Positions 41,713 to 50,777 of a stretch of 64,000 nt of DNA are shown here, one piece after another (positions within the stretch are counted from its first letter, which is position 1; the number at the start of each line of letters is the position of its first letter). A program made the translations under genes and the position numbers. Source of the DNA: a virus. Taxonomy: Duplodnaviria > Caudoviricetes. The notes beneath the pieces are model-generated. The model had not been told where the DNA came from. It did no database searches and saw nothing but the letters and a program-made list of their open reading frames with translations. The DNA lies in IMG/VR virus record IMGVR_UViG_2576861683_000003, positions 33,400 to 97,399 of that record; one strand, 5' to 3'.

Positions 41713-41891
41713 TATTCCTCCTTGTTATTTCTTGGTTGTCCAAGCGCTCTTGAAACAAGGTATGACCATAAAAGGCACAGTAAACCCGCACAAATATACC
41801 CTATCGGTGGGTAGATTAACCAAGCGCCACATGACAACAAAAAGGCACCCGCAATCCCAACCAATAAGGCTGTTATTGTTAAAAATTTCAT
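41712..41891 (-). CDS. 59-aa membrane protein between terminase and portal
   Basis: Hand translation MKFLTITALLVGIAGAFLLSCGAWLIYPPIGYICAGLLCLLWSYLVSRALGQPRNNKEE; TAATG coupling to portal. Confidence 0.7.
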   Translation of the reverse strand: MKFLTITALLVGIAGAFLLSCGAWLIYPPIGYICAGLLCLLWSYLVSRALGQPRNNKEE

Positions 41892-41900
41892 TAAATTTCC

Positions 41901-43634
41901 TTAGAGAGAGCGTAAGCCTCGAGAAACGAGGACATCAGAGAGGTTTTGTTCCTGATCTCCACCATTCACCAATAATCGACTCATGCCTGTAAATAGTGCA
42001 ACAGGGCCGTCTATTTTGGCTTCAGGGGTTGATTTATTAGGGAAAATATTGTCGTTTTTGTCCGGTTTAACCGTGACGTTCGACATCATCCAGTTCATAA
42101 CAGGGTGTTGACCATGATGAAACTTACCCGCATAAACCAGTGCTTCAATCTCTTTCATGGATTCAGAAAAGTTACGCACCGTTTGAGCAACTTCAACAAG
42201 GGGTAACCCTTCTTCAGCCAGTGATAAACTAAATTGTGTCGCACTCCACGGGTCAAAACCCAGTTCGTTTAAGTTCTCGCCCGTCACCCATTCAATGATT
42301 TCTTCTTTAATTTGAGCATGATCGACAACTTCGCCATCGGTTAACGTGAGATACCCCATATCAGCCCATTTGCGATAAAGTTCTGCCATTTGTTTAGAGC
42401 AACGCTCAAGCCGGTCTTCGGGTAACCAAAACTTAAAATCAGCATGAACATGACCGTTATCGGGCTGTTTCCATACTTTAGCGGCTGCACAAATATCGAT
42501 TTTATTGGCAAGATCAACACCGACCCACAACGGATAAGTTTGTAATTCTTGTTGTGATGCGAGTTCAGGCGCACTATCCCACTTCATCATATCCATCCAT
42601 GAAGATTCAGCAGTAACCCAAATATTCATGTGTTTGGTGAAGAAGTTAATCCGTGCAGAAACCTGCTCTTTGGCTTTCTTGGCTAAACGGCGTAAATCAT
42701 CCCAGCGCTTACAAACACCGAGACCCGGATTCGCTTTTTGCCATACGGTTTCATTAAAGGGATCATCGTCCTTATCTAAGGTATAAATAATCGCGAAAAA
42801 CGAGTCATCATCCACTTGGCCACGAAGCACTTTAATACCGTAATCCCGTAGTTCGTAACAAATTCCCTCTTTATTAAAACCCGCAGTGGTGATCCCAAAA
42901 AGAAGAGACTGCAGACGCGCACCAGTGGCGGTTTCTAATACGTCCCACACATCACGAGTTTTGTGTGCATGTAATTCATCAACAATACCGCAATGAATGT
43001 TTAAACCATCGAGGTTGTTGGCATCACTAGAAAGCGGTTCAAACTTAGAGGCAGTTCTTTCTTGATAGATAGCGAGTTTATTAAACTCAAATAAACGTCC
43101 CAATGTCGCTTTGGACTTCTTCAGCATGTTCTTCGCATCTTCAAATACGATACGAGCCTGATCACGTGTCGTTGCTGCAGAATAAACTTCGGCACCACCT
43201 TCACCATCGGCACCGGTCATATACAGCCCAATACCTGATGACAATGTGGATTTTGCATTTTTACGTGCAACCTCGTTATAAGCTGTGCGAAAACGACGAA
43301 CAAAGACAACATCACCGTCTTCATCTATAACTTCTTTACCCGTTTGTTCATCAATTAACGGAATAACAAAACCAAAAATATTAATTAAGATAAAAATATG
43401 CCAAGGCATTAAATCAATGGGCTTACCGGCCAATGCCCCTTTGACATGAGGAATAAAATTGTAAAAATCGAGTATGTGCTGTGCGCGATCTTCAATGAAA
43501 TAGATGCCACGCTCAGGCCCATGCTCTAAATCATTCAAAAACCGTTGGCACGCTAAACGTACCAATTCGCACGCAACAATTTCTCCAGCAACCACCTGTT
43601 CGGCGTACTGAATTCCATCTGCTACGATTGCCAT
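41901..43634 (-). CDS. Terminase large subunit
   Basis: VARKNAKST, VDELHAH, ITTAG, GVDLA, KIDGPVA. Confidence 0.93.
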   Translation of the reverse strand: MAIVADGIQYAEQVVAGEIVACELVRLACQRFLNDLEHGPERGIYFIEDRAQHILDFYNFIPHVKGALAGKPIDLMPWHIFILINIFGFVIPLIDEQTGKEVIDEDGDVVFVRRFRTAYNEVARKNAKSTLSSGIGLYMTGADGEGGAEVYSAATTRDQARIVFEDAKNMLKKSKATLGRLFEFNKLAIYQERTASKFEPLSSDANNLDGLNIHCGIVDELHAHKTRDVWDVLETATGARLQSLLFGITTAGFNKEGICYELRDYGIKVLRGQVDDDSFFAIIYTLDKDDDPFNETVWQKANPGLGVCKRWDDLRRLAKKAKEQVSARINFFTKHMNIWVTAESSWMDMMKWDSAPELASQQELQTYPLWVGVDLANKIDICAAAKVWKQPDNGHVHADFKFWLPEDRLERCSKQMAELYRKWADMGYLTLTDGEVVDHAQIKEEIIEWVTGENLNELGFDPWSATQFSLSLAEEGLPLVEVAQTVRNFSESMKEIEALVYAGKFHHGQHPVMNWMMSNVTVKPDKNDNIFPNKSTPEAKIDGPVALFTGMSRLLVNGGDQEQNLSDVLVSRGLRSL

Positions 43635-43637
43635 TCA

Positions 43638-44108
43638 TCATTTGCGCTTTTTCAAAAATGCCTCAAAAGGATCTTCTTCGGCAGGAGTGTTCATAGTGAC
43701 TTTTACTCGAGAAGCGGGAGTCATACCAAATTCACTTAACATGGCACGAATACGTTTCCATGCGTCTGCCTTCATTGCAGCAGATGGATGCGCCTTTATC
43801 ATCAATCCACTTTCTGTATTGTTTTTGTAGGTATAGCCTTCTTCATCGAGAACATTACAATGATGTCGATATTCAGTGTAAGCTTCGACGAGTAACTCCA
43901 ATGCCTTGGCATCCATCTGACTCATGACACCCATTGCATCAAGTTCTTCAGCAATACGCTTAAACCAATACTTACCTTGCTTAGTGAAATGCTTCGGAGT
44001 TGGGGGTACCCCTTTTGGCGGTTTTGGCTCTTTTTTATTAATCGGTCGTTTTGATGGGTTCCCCCTCACTAATTGCAGATGTGACGGGGTTTTAGGCGGT
44101 CCAGCCAT
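43638..44108 (-). CDS. Terminase small subunit, P27 family
   Basis: GNPSKRPIN, EFGMTPASR. Confidence 0.9.
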   Translation of the reverse strand: MAGPPKTPSHLQLVRGNPSKRPINKKEPKPPKGVPPTPKHFTKQGKYWFKRIAEELDAMGVMSQMDAKALELLVEAYTEYRHHCNVLDEEGYTYKNNTESGLMIKAHPSAAMKADAWKRIRAMLSEFGMTPASRVKVTMNTPAEEDPFEAFLKKRK

Positions 44109-44139
44109 AATAGAAATCTCCTATCAATAATCGCTTGGG

Positions 44140-44235
44140 GTTCCCCAAAAAAAGTTTTCTAACCTGCGGTGATGTGAAAAGAGGTAAGGGGGCGGTCCTA
44201 TAAGGCGAAAGTGGTAGAGATTTGACCCTCCCTCC
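44140..44235 (-). promoter_or_regulatory. Probable cos region of prophage 2
   Basis: GGGAGGGTCAAATCTCT...GGACCGCCCCC...CCGCAGGTTAG between HNH gene and terS, the usual place in HK97-like phages. Confidence 0.6.
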
Positions 44236-44320
44236 TACCTATACGTTATAATTGCATATCGAAATTAAATATTTTTATAACTTTATTTAATTGTTATATA
44301 TCAATCTGTTAGGTTTGATA

Positions 44321-44668
44321 TTAGATTCTTTCTTTTGCTGTCTTAGTTCTATGACATGAAATACATAACGACTGTAGGTTCTCTTCCGTATCGGTACCCC
44401 CATGTGCCTTAGCAATGATATGGTCAACTGTTTTTGCTTCGGTTGCCCTTCCTGCTTTTAGGCACTCCTGACATAGATACTTATCACGCTTGAGTATACG
44501 TACTCGTAACTTATCCCATTGGGTACCATAACCACGTTGATGACGAGACTTACCGCGCTGGTGGGTTTCCCATCCTAAGTTCTGATGTTCTTCACAGTAA
44601 CCGTTGCGTTCTGTTGTTGTCTTGGCGCATCCTTGTTTACGACATGCGCGAGGTATGCGAGGTGGCAT
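44321..44668 (-). CDS. Terminase-associated HNH endonuclease
   Basis: RDKYLCQEC, VDHII..HGG, NLQSLCISCHRTKT. Confidence 0.9.
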   Translation of the reverse strand: MPPRIPRACRKQGCAKTTTERNGYCEEHQNLGWETHQRGKSRHQRGYGTQWDKLRVRILKRDKYLCQECLKAGRATEAKTVDHIIAKAHGGTDTEENLQSLCISCHRTKTAKERI

Positions 44669-44731
44669 GTTATTTCCTATAATTTAAAGAGGAGAATAAT
44701 ACCCTTTATTGAACATAGGGTATTTTCACCT

Positions 44732-45109
44732 TTACTTCTGACTACACCACGTTCTGTTATTTAGTTCATTCGTAAGCTTAGCCCATGCCTGACGTTCAAT
44801 TTCTCGTGCCTGCATTAGCTCATTAATATCTGCATCTTGTCGATCAGCTCGCATACGTAAATCTGCTAGTTGAGCATTAACGCTCTGCTCTGACTTATTA
44901 CTGACAAGTACACCTTTGAACTCAGCCGAATTAATAAAGGCATTTTTAATAAAAAATTCACCAGATGATTGAAAGATGAATTGTGAATTTGATTTAGACT
45001 TCACGCCTACATCTTGCATTAGTTGTTTAATGCGAGTGAATTGCTCTTCTAGCTTATCTAACTCACTTGTATCTACTGAGACTTTTAATTGAATAGTGTT
45101 ATCTGACAT
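44732..45109 (-). CDS. Hypothetical phage protein
   Basis: GGAG RBS, coiled-coil segments. Confidence 0.6.
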   Translation of the reverse strand: MSDNTIQLKVSVDTSELDKLEEQFTRIKQLMQDVGVKSKSNSQFIFQSSGEFFIKNAFINSAEFKGVLVSNKSEQSVNAQLADLRMRADRQDADINELMQAREIERQAWAKLTNELNNRTWCSQK

Positions 45110-45267
45110 ATCTATCTCCAATAAAAAAACCACCAGCTATTAACTGATGGCTTCTAATACAAAAATTTTTAATTATTTATTTAAAAAATAAAAAAACTAT
45201 CTTATCCTTAAATTGAGCACACTAGCTCATAAGTACAGATATTCATTCCTAGCTTACGGGAGGTTAT

Positions 45268-45396
45268 ATGTTTCTCGTATATACTATTATCGTTATTGCT
45301 TTTTTTATATCTTTAGCAACAATAGAACCACCAGATGGCGAACAGGTTTGTTTTGATATAAATAAGAAGCAAATAGGACATGCGTATGTCGTATGA
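45268..45396 (+). CDS. Putative 42-aa hydrophobic peptide
   Basis: GGAGG RBS; MFLVYTIIVIAFFISLATIEPPDGEQVCFDINKKQIGHAYVV; followed by TGAAAGTCCTG...CAGGACTTTCA hairpin. Confidence 0.5.
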   Translation: MFLVYTIIVIAFFISLATIEPPDGEQVCFDINKKQIGHAYVV

Positions 45397-45894
45397 TTAT
45401 ACCTGAAAGTCCTGTTAGATAACTTCGACTCAGGACTTTCATATTTAAATCATCTAGTTATAGTGAAATAAAATATCAATCCTCATTTAACATACTTATG
45501 TCTCTCCATAGTCACGCCCTTTCTTCTACCTACAGCTGACGTTGCTGATAATGACCGAAAAATAACAAAATGGTGGTATTCATTGTTTTTGATTCTCACT
45601 ATGCGCTATCTATCGAGAATAAAACAGGTCACGGCTAACATAGGAGACAGCGACAATGCGACGCATTAAAAACTTCGCTATTACGAGGCGATTGTTTTCT
45701 AAAAACTTACGTTGATTATTAACAGATTGGCTTACTAGATATTGGTAATCTATTGTTTTCACACATACTAGTGAAAGCCCTGTGGGAGCCCAGACTCACA
45801 GGGTGATTTTTATCTTGTTTTTTTTATTTAGGTAGTAGATAGGTTAATCAGAATTATCAATATGGTATATATACTTACTTAAGCTATAGTAAGT

Positions 45895-45959
45895 AAGTAT
45901 CACTATACTTTGATTGATATTTTGTTAGTTTGCCCATGCACCCATGCTGGGCTTTTTTT
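45895..45959 (+). ncRNA. Putative ~60-nt sRNA convergent with the spanin gene
   Basis: -10-like TATAGT at 45885-45890, U-rich body, terminator GCCCATGCACCCATGCTGGGC-T7. Confidence 0.35.
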
Positions 45960-46419
45960 AGTTCACACACTCCGCTCTAATGTAATCCTGCAACCCTTTA
46001 ATCATCTGTTCTGACTCGGCAATTCGCTCTCTGAGTAACCAATAATTTCGGATAGCGGTGTCAGTAGGTCGGGCGGTGGTTGCATAAGCCAAGCTGGTGG
46101 AGGGAGTGGTTTTGACTTTGGGACACTCGGCTTTGATGTACACCCGCTCAGGATGACGCTCACTAATATCACGCAAGTGACTAATTTCATTCTTAGCATT
46201 CGCTAGCTCCTGCGTATATTGAGTATCCAACTGATTTAATCGCATTATGCGTGCTTGATAGTCAGTATTAATAGACTTCTGTTCTTCGAGAGCAATCGTT
46301 AGTTCTTTGTTTGTTTCTACTAATAGATTAATTCTGTTAGCTTGCCAATTAATCACCCAATAGCCTCCCACAATGATGCCTACCATCACAATGACAGCAT
46401 AGAGTTTCCCGTATTTCAT
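45958..46419 (-). CDS. i-spanin (Rz-like)
   Basis: N-terminal TM, coiled coil, C-terminal Cys; in lysis cassette. Confidence 0.88.
   Translation of the reverse strand: MKYGKLYAVIVMVGIIVGGYWVINWQANRINLLVETNKELTIALEEQKSINTDYQARIMRLNQLDTQYTQELANAKNEISHLRDISERHPERVYIKAECPKVKTTPSTSLAYATTARPTDTAIRNYWLLRERIAESEQMIKGLQDYIRAECVN
46002..46199 (-). CDS. Embedded o-spanin (Rz1-like)
   Basis: Lipobox LSGC, PPPAWLMQPPP; nested in Rz. Confidence 0.82.
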   Translation of the reverse strand: MLRMKLVTCVILVSVILSGCTSKPSVPKSKPLPPPAWLMQPPPDLLTPLSEIIGYSESELPSQNR

Positions 46420-46421
46420 GA

Positions 46422-46580
46422 TTAGTACCGATGATGTGAGAGAGCTACCTGACAGCGCTTTTCTAAACTGGCTTTATCATTAATACATGAATTATCAATT
46501 GAGAGATAAATGCCACCAGCGACCGTGATGAATAATACGAGGATAAAGCTAATAACGATAATTAAAGGTTTCCATAACAT
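46422..46580 (-). CDS. 52-aa membrane peptide between endolysin and spanin
   Basis: MLWKPLIIVISFILVLFITVAGGIYLSIDNSCINDKASLEKRCQVALSHHRY; paralog of 10484-10642. Confidence 0.7.
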   Translation of the reverse strand: MLWKPLIIVISFILVLFITVAGGIYLSIDNSCINDKASLEKRCQVALSHHRY

Positions 46581-47032
46581 AGTGCTGACTCCACATCTCT
46601 ACGACTGACTAACCCTCGCCAAACCTTTCCGCCCGCATAAACCCAGCGCTTCATTTCTTCACAAGCGCCATACTGATCACCTGCATTTAATTTCTTTAGC
46701 AACGTAGAACGAGCAAAAGCTGTGGTACCCACATTAAAAGCAAAGGAATATAGAGAGGCTTTTGTTTTATCATCCAGAGGTACTTTAACCAGAACATCAA
46801 CTTGTTGTTGCGTTCTGATAAAGTCTTTCTGAAGTAACTCGTCACATTCTTGCTGTGTGTATGTCTTACCTTGAATAATGTCTTTGCCTGTATGCCCATA
46901 ACAAACTGTCAAAACACCTGCAACATCACGATAAGGCTCGTAACGAACACCTTCAAAGTAACCAATCACTGTTATCGCAATACTTACCGCACCAGCACTC
47001 GCAACTGCAACTACCTTCTGTTTTAGATTCAT
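46562..47032 (-). CDS. SAR endolysin (GH24 lysozyme)
   Basis: EGVRYEPYRDVAGVLT triad; Ala/Gly-rich N-terminus like phage 21 R. Confidence 0.92.
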   Translation of the reverse strand: MNLKQKVVAVASAGAVSIAITVIGYFEGVRYEPYRDVAGVLTVCYGHTGKDIIQGKTYTQQECDELLQKDFIRTQQQVDVLVKVPLDDKTKASLYSFAFNVGTTAFARSTLLKKLNAGDQYGACEEMKRWVYAGGKVWRGLVSRRDVESALCYGNL

Positions 47033-47301
47033 TAAATGTCCTTTTTAGCTTTAGTCAGCATCTCGCCAACTATCTTTTCTATGTCTTGCGGATCGCTAGA
47101 ACAATTTCGATGAACTAATTCAGCAAATAACGCTGTTCGTTTCCGCTGTTCTCGCTGTGTCATAAAGTAAGTTGCTAATCCAAGGAGCATGCTGAATCCC
47201 ATCCCTATTACAAATCCCCATTCATAAAGTGAAAGACTTGCAAAAAAGGCAGTTAAACCAGCCGTTCCGTAGGTAGCATTGGTCAATTTTTCCATGCGCA
47301 T
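47032..47301 (-). CDS. Holin with Met-Arg-Met dual-start motif
   Basis: Two hydrophobic segments, charged C-terminus, ATG CGC ATG starts, TAATG coupling to endolysin. Confidence 0.85.
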   Translation of the reverse strand: MRMEKLTNATYGTAGLTAFFASLSLYEWGFVIGMGFSMLLGLATYFMTQREQRKRTALFAELVHRNCSSDPQDIEKIVGEMLTKAKKDI

Positions 47302-47400
47302 ATACACCCCCTACGGAGTGTCCGTTGAATATTGAAAGGAAATTTATGTGTAATTATCTACTCACATAATATTTAGTAAAAAATCTAGAAAGTGAAATAC

Positions 47401-47433
47401 AAAAAAGCCACTATTAAAACAATAGTGGCTTTT
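47401..47433. terminator. Bidirectional intrinsic terminator
   Basis: AAAAAAGCCACTATT-AAAAC-AATAGTGGCTTTT. Confidence 0.75.
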
Positions 47434-47447
47434 AAAATTTATTTTGC

Positions 47448-48596
47448 TTAAGCTTTCTTTTTCAAGACGAATGGCAATACGCTATCATCTCTTAACAACT
47501 CATTTTCTTTTAACTTTGTTATATACATTAAATCCTGCACTGGTAACGGAAATAAATCTAATAACTCATTTTTTAAAAGAATAGAGTGAGAATCTAGTAA
47601 GTTTATCAGTTTATTAATAAATGCAGGCTCTTCTCGGAGAATTAAATCATCTAGTGGCTCTTTTTTCCTATATGGAGCAAGTTGCCTATAAACATATCCT
47701 TTCTGATTATCGCTCATTAGTCCTAAGTTATGAGCTCTATTTGTCATACATTGCAATGAAACAATCCATCTTTCTTTAAGTTTTTCAAGAGCTGGCAAAC
47801 TCGGAGAATAATATTCTCGGCTAAAAGTTTTTGCTGGTAACAAAAAACAACTAGCAAAATAATTTGCCTGCCCTTCTACTTTTTCAAATAAATATTTGTC
47901 ATCAATATAATCATCCTCAACTGAACGATGAAGGATTAAATGTCCTAATTCATGCGCAATACTAAAACGAGTTCGAACTGCGGTTCTTGTGTTATCAGTT
48001 ATTATTATGGGTCTATCATTATCCCAAAAAGAAAAAGCATCAACCTTTTCTGCGGCATGAAGATTTGCAACAATAATGCCTTTGTTTTCCAAGAGTCGAG
48101 TTAAATTTGAAATAGGCCCGTCACCCATATTCCAATATCTTCTTACTTTAGTCGCTATATCTTCAATATCAGCATCTTCTAATACTTCGAAGTCTGGAAT
48201 ATCAATAGGTGGCAACTCAACATTAGGTAGCTGTACATACTTCATACACTCTCGAATGATTAATGAAACCCATCTTCCTTTTGTTCTACCTTTAATTCTT
48301 TCCTTTTTAGTTGCAGTACTTCTACTCCTAAAATGTACTGCTCCTTCAATTTCAGGAGAACCCTCAGTACTAAGAAAAAACCTTTCAGGAAATCCAAGAA
48401 CTTTACTTATCATAGAAAGTGTATCTGGAGATGGATTCTTTAAACCTTTCTCAAATGATGATATTGCCTGCCTTGAAATATCAAGAACTCTTGCCAACTC
48501 AGCCATTGTTAAACCTTTAGCCTCCCTCGCTTCTGTCAAACGATTCGGGTTAATACTACGTTCAGTGTGCAAAGTTGAAACTAGTGTGCTTGTCAT
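47448..48596 (-). CDS. XRE-HTH + ImmA/IrrE (M78) metallopeptidase fusion
   Basis: RLTEAREAKGLTMAELA HTH; RFSIAHELGHLILH; EGQANYFASCFLLP. Confidence 0.9.
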   Translation of the reverse strand: MTSTLVSTLHTERSINPNRLTEAREAKGLTMAELARVLDISRQAISSFEKGLKNPSPDTLSMISKVLGFPERFFLSTEGSPEIEGAVHFRSRSTATKKERIKGRTKGRWVSLIIRECMKYVQLPNVELPPIDIPDFEVLEDADIEDIATKVRRYWNMGDGPISNLTRLLENKGIIVANLHAAEKVDAFSFWDNDRPIIITDNTRTAVRTRFSIAHELGHLILHRSVEDDYIDDKYLFEKVEGQANYFASCFLLPAKTFSREYYSPSLPALEKLKERWIVSLQCMTNRAHNLGLMSDNQKGYVYRQLAPYRKKEPLDDLILREEPAFINKLINLLDSHSILLKNELLDLFPLPVQDLMYITKLKENELLRDDSVLPFVLKKKA

Positions 48597-49201
48597 TTTT
48601 CGTTCTGCTTAAGAAGCGTTTCAGTCAGTATTTTAAATTTATCATCTAATTCATCATCAACTTTTTCTATTTCTACCTCATTTGGAGAGTAGATCGCCAC
48701 AGATTCAGTATAAATAATCCCTGAACTATCTGGTGTTGGTATAGTTAAGTTAAGAGTTGAGATTGCTTGATTCTTACCACTATGCAATAAATATACGTGT
48801 CCGCTAGATTGACCTATATGTTCTATGTTTTCAATTTCTTCAAATAAATCACGGTTCAGTGAAGAATAAATAGATCTGTATTTTGCAGCCCTTGGTAATA
48901 CTCCTTTGCTTTCTACACTGTGAGCAGTCAAAGCCCAGCCATTAGAATGCAAAGTTGGATGTCGTGAGTTTTTAGCTGTATTGAGAGAAATGTCACATTG
49001 AATTTTCAAACTATTAGCCGCTTTTTCTACAAGCATATCAGAATACAGCCATTTCAAATATGATTGAGCCTGACGCCAGAAAGAGCCAAATTCTTTTGCT
49101 CCTTGAAAAGACAATAAATATGCCTTTGAAAGGGACATAGATAATTCTTTACGACATTCCATATCAAAAGCTGAAACCAATTGTTTGGAGTAATTATTCA
49201 T
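48593..49201 (-). CDS. Hypothetical protein coupled to the XRE-IrrE gene (candidate toxin)
   Basis: 202 aa, ATGA overlap with downstream gene; TTGACA ~60 bp upstream. Confidence 0.7.
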   Translation of the reverse strand: MNNYSKQLVSAFDMECRKELSMSLSKAYLLSFQGAKEFGSFWRQAQSYLKWLYSDMLVEKAANSLKIQCDISLNTAKNSRHPTLHSNGWALTAHSVESKGVLPRAAKYRSIYSSLNRDLFEEIENIEHIGQSSGHVYLLHSGKNQAISTLNLTIPTPDSSGIIYTESVAIYSPNEVEIEKVDDELDDKFKILTETLLKQNEK

Positions 49202-49337
49202 GCCATACCTATTCCATTTATATCAAGTCAACTAATTTTACAAAAACAAGCTATTTTGTCAACCAAAATCATATGGGTTTTAACTGCTAATATTTAATGG
49301 CTAATAATTAGAAGAATATTCACCCGAATCACCTACT

Positions 49338-50357
49338 TTATAATTTCGTATTACTCATTTCCTCTCTTGTTTGCTCAAAGCGCTCTTTCTCAAGCTCGAC
49401 ACCTAAAACCTTTCGATTAAGTTTTAGTGCTGCTTTCAGAGTTGCACCTGACCCCATAAAGAAATCAGCAACCAGATCCCCTTCTCGACTGCTAGAGCGA
49501 ATAATGTGTTCCATTATGGTTGATGGTTTCTCACAAGGGTGCTTGCCGGGATAGTATTGAACAGGAGGATAAGTCCAAACATCGGTGTAAGGCACATCTG
49601 CAGTCACAAAGAATGGTCGTCTTAATAAACCATATTCTTTTATTAACTCTTGATAGTCTTTTTGTAAGGTAAATTGCTCTCGTTCTAACTCACTAAAGTG
49701 ACGAGATAACGGTGATATTTTTTCTTGTTTATCAGCAATGTGTGTAAACAGTGTTTGTAACTTTTTATAGTCTTCTTCGCTAGGTAATTGCCACTGACTA
49801 CTACCAAACCAATGACTGCACATTTGCTTACCTGTTGCTTGATCTATTTCTTTTGAACTTACCTGCAGTGCTAAACGAGCATTTCTAAAATAATCAATCA
49901 GAGGCTTAAATACATTCTGTTTTAGCCCTTTGCATTTTAAAGAAAATTCAGAACCTTTAGCTGTGACTGGTTTTTGATAATGTTCAGCAAAGAGTATTCG
50001 CTCTGTTGAAGGGAAAAAGGCACGTAGGCTTTCTTTATTTTGTCGTCGCCATGGACCTGAGGGTTTAGCCCAAATGATGTGACTTAATACATTAAATCGC
50101 CCACGAACTAGCAATTCAGTATCTGACGCCAATTTAGAGCCACAGAATAAATACAAACTTCCATTGGGTTTTAATACCCGCCAGAACTCAGCTAATACCT
50201 CATCAAGCCAAGACAGATATGCCTCAACACTATCCCACTGATTATCCCATGCACACGATTTCACTCTGAAATACGGTGGATCTGTGGCGATTAAATCAAT
50301 ACTGTTATCAGGTAGTGTTTTTAATACAGAGAGTGCGTCGTCGTTAAATAGTTGCAT
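49338..50357 (-). CDS. DNA methyltransferase (N4/N6, beta-class order)
   Basis: DPPY, HPCEKP, DFFMGSG. Confidence 0.9.
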   Translation of the reverse strand: MQLFNDDALSVLKTLPDNSIDLIATDPPYFRVKSCAWDNQWDSVEAYLSWLDEVLAEFWRVLKPNGSLYLFCGSKLASDTELLVRGRFNVLSHIIWAKPSGPWRRQNKESLRAFFPSTERILFAEHYQKPVTAKGSEFSLKCKGLKQNVFKPLIDYFRNARLALQVSSKEIDQATGKQMCSHWFGSSQWQLPSEEDYKKLQTLFTHIADKQEKISPLSRHFSELEREQFTLQKDYQELIKEYGLLRRPFFVTADVPYTDVWTYPPVQYYPGKHPCEKPSTIMEHIIRSSSREGDLVADFFMGSGATLKAALKLNRKVLGVELEKERFEQTREEMSNTKL

Positions 50358-50431
50358 CAGAAGTCCTTTTCTACACAATAAAAAAGCCGATGACGGTTAA
50401 AGCCACCAGCTTTATAAATTCTTTATATTTT

Positions 50432-50626
50432 TTAGGCTGTACGCATATAGCTATTTCCTTGCTTTGCGACAACCCCTGCTATTTCAAACTGAGTTAATAG
50501 AAACTCACAATTTTCATTACTTAGCCCAGTTTGATTTGAAATTGCTTGTACTGTTTGCCAATCATTTTTTGAGATTGTTTCAAGTACACAACTTGCCTGC
50601 TTTGTCATATCACACTGTTTTAACAT
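50432..50626 (-). CDS. Small wHTH-like phage protein
   Basis: Paralog of 14977-15183; GAGG RBS. Confidence 0.7.
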   Translation of the reverse strand: MLKQCDMTKQASCVLETISKNDWQTVQAISNQTGLSNENCEFLLTQFEIAGVVAKQGNSYMRTA

Positions 50627-50777
50627 GATATTTTATACCTCTGGTGAGTTATTGTGCATAACTACACATGTAACTCTGACCAAATAGAACAGCAAGTCTT
50701 ATTTGTTTAAATAAGAAAAAAGACCACCTAGGCGATCTTTAAGAGATTTATAACAGATTAAGGTTGAACTTCCTTAT

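Noticed and set aside
7330-44235. cos-to-cos in situ packaging across the two prophages (~37 kb apart)
   Set aside because: The two cos regions and terminase families are unrelated, so cross-recognition is unsupported
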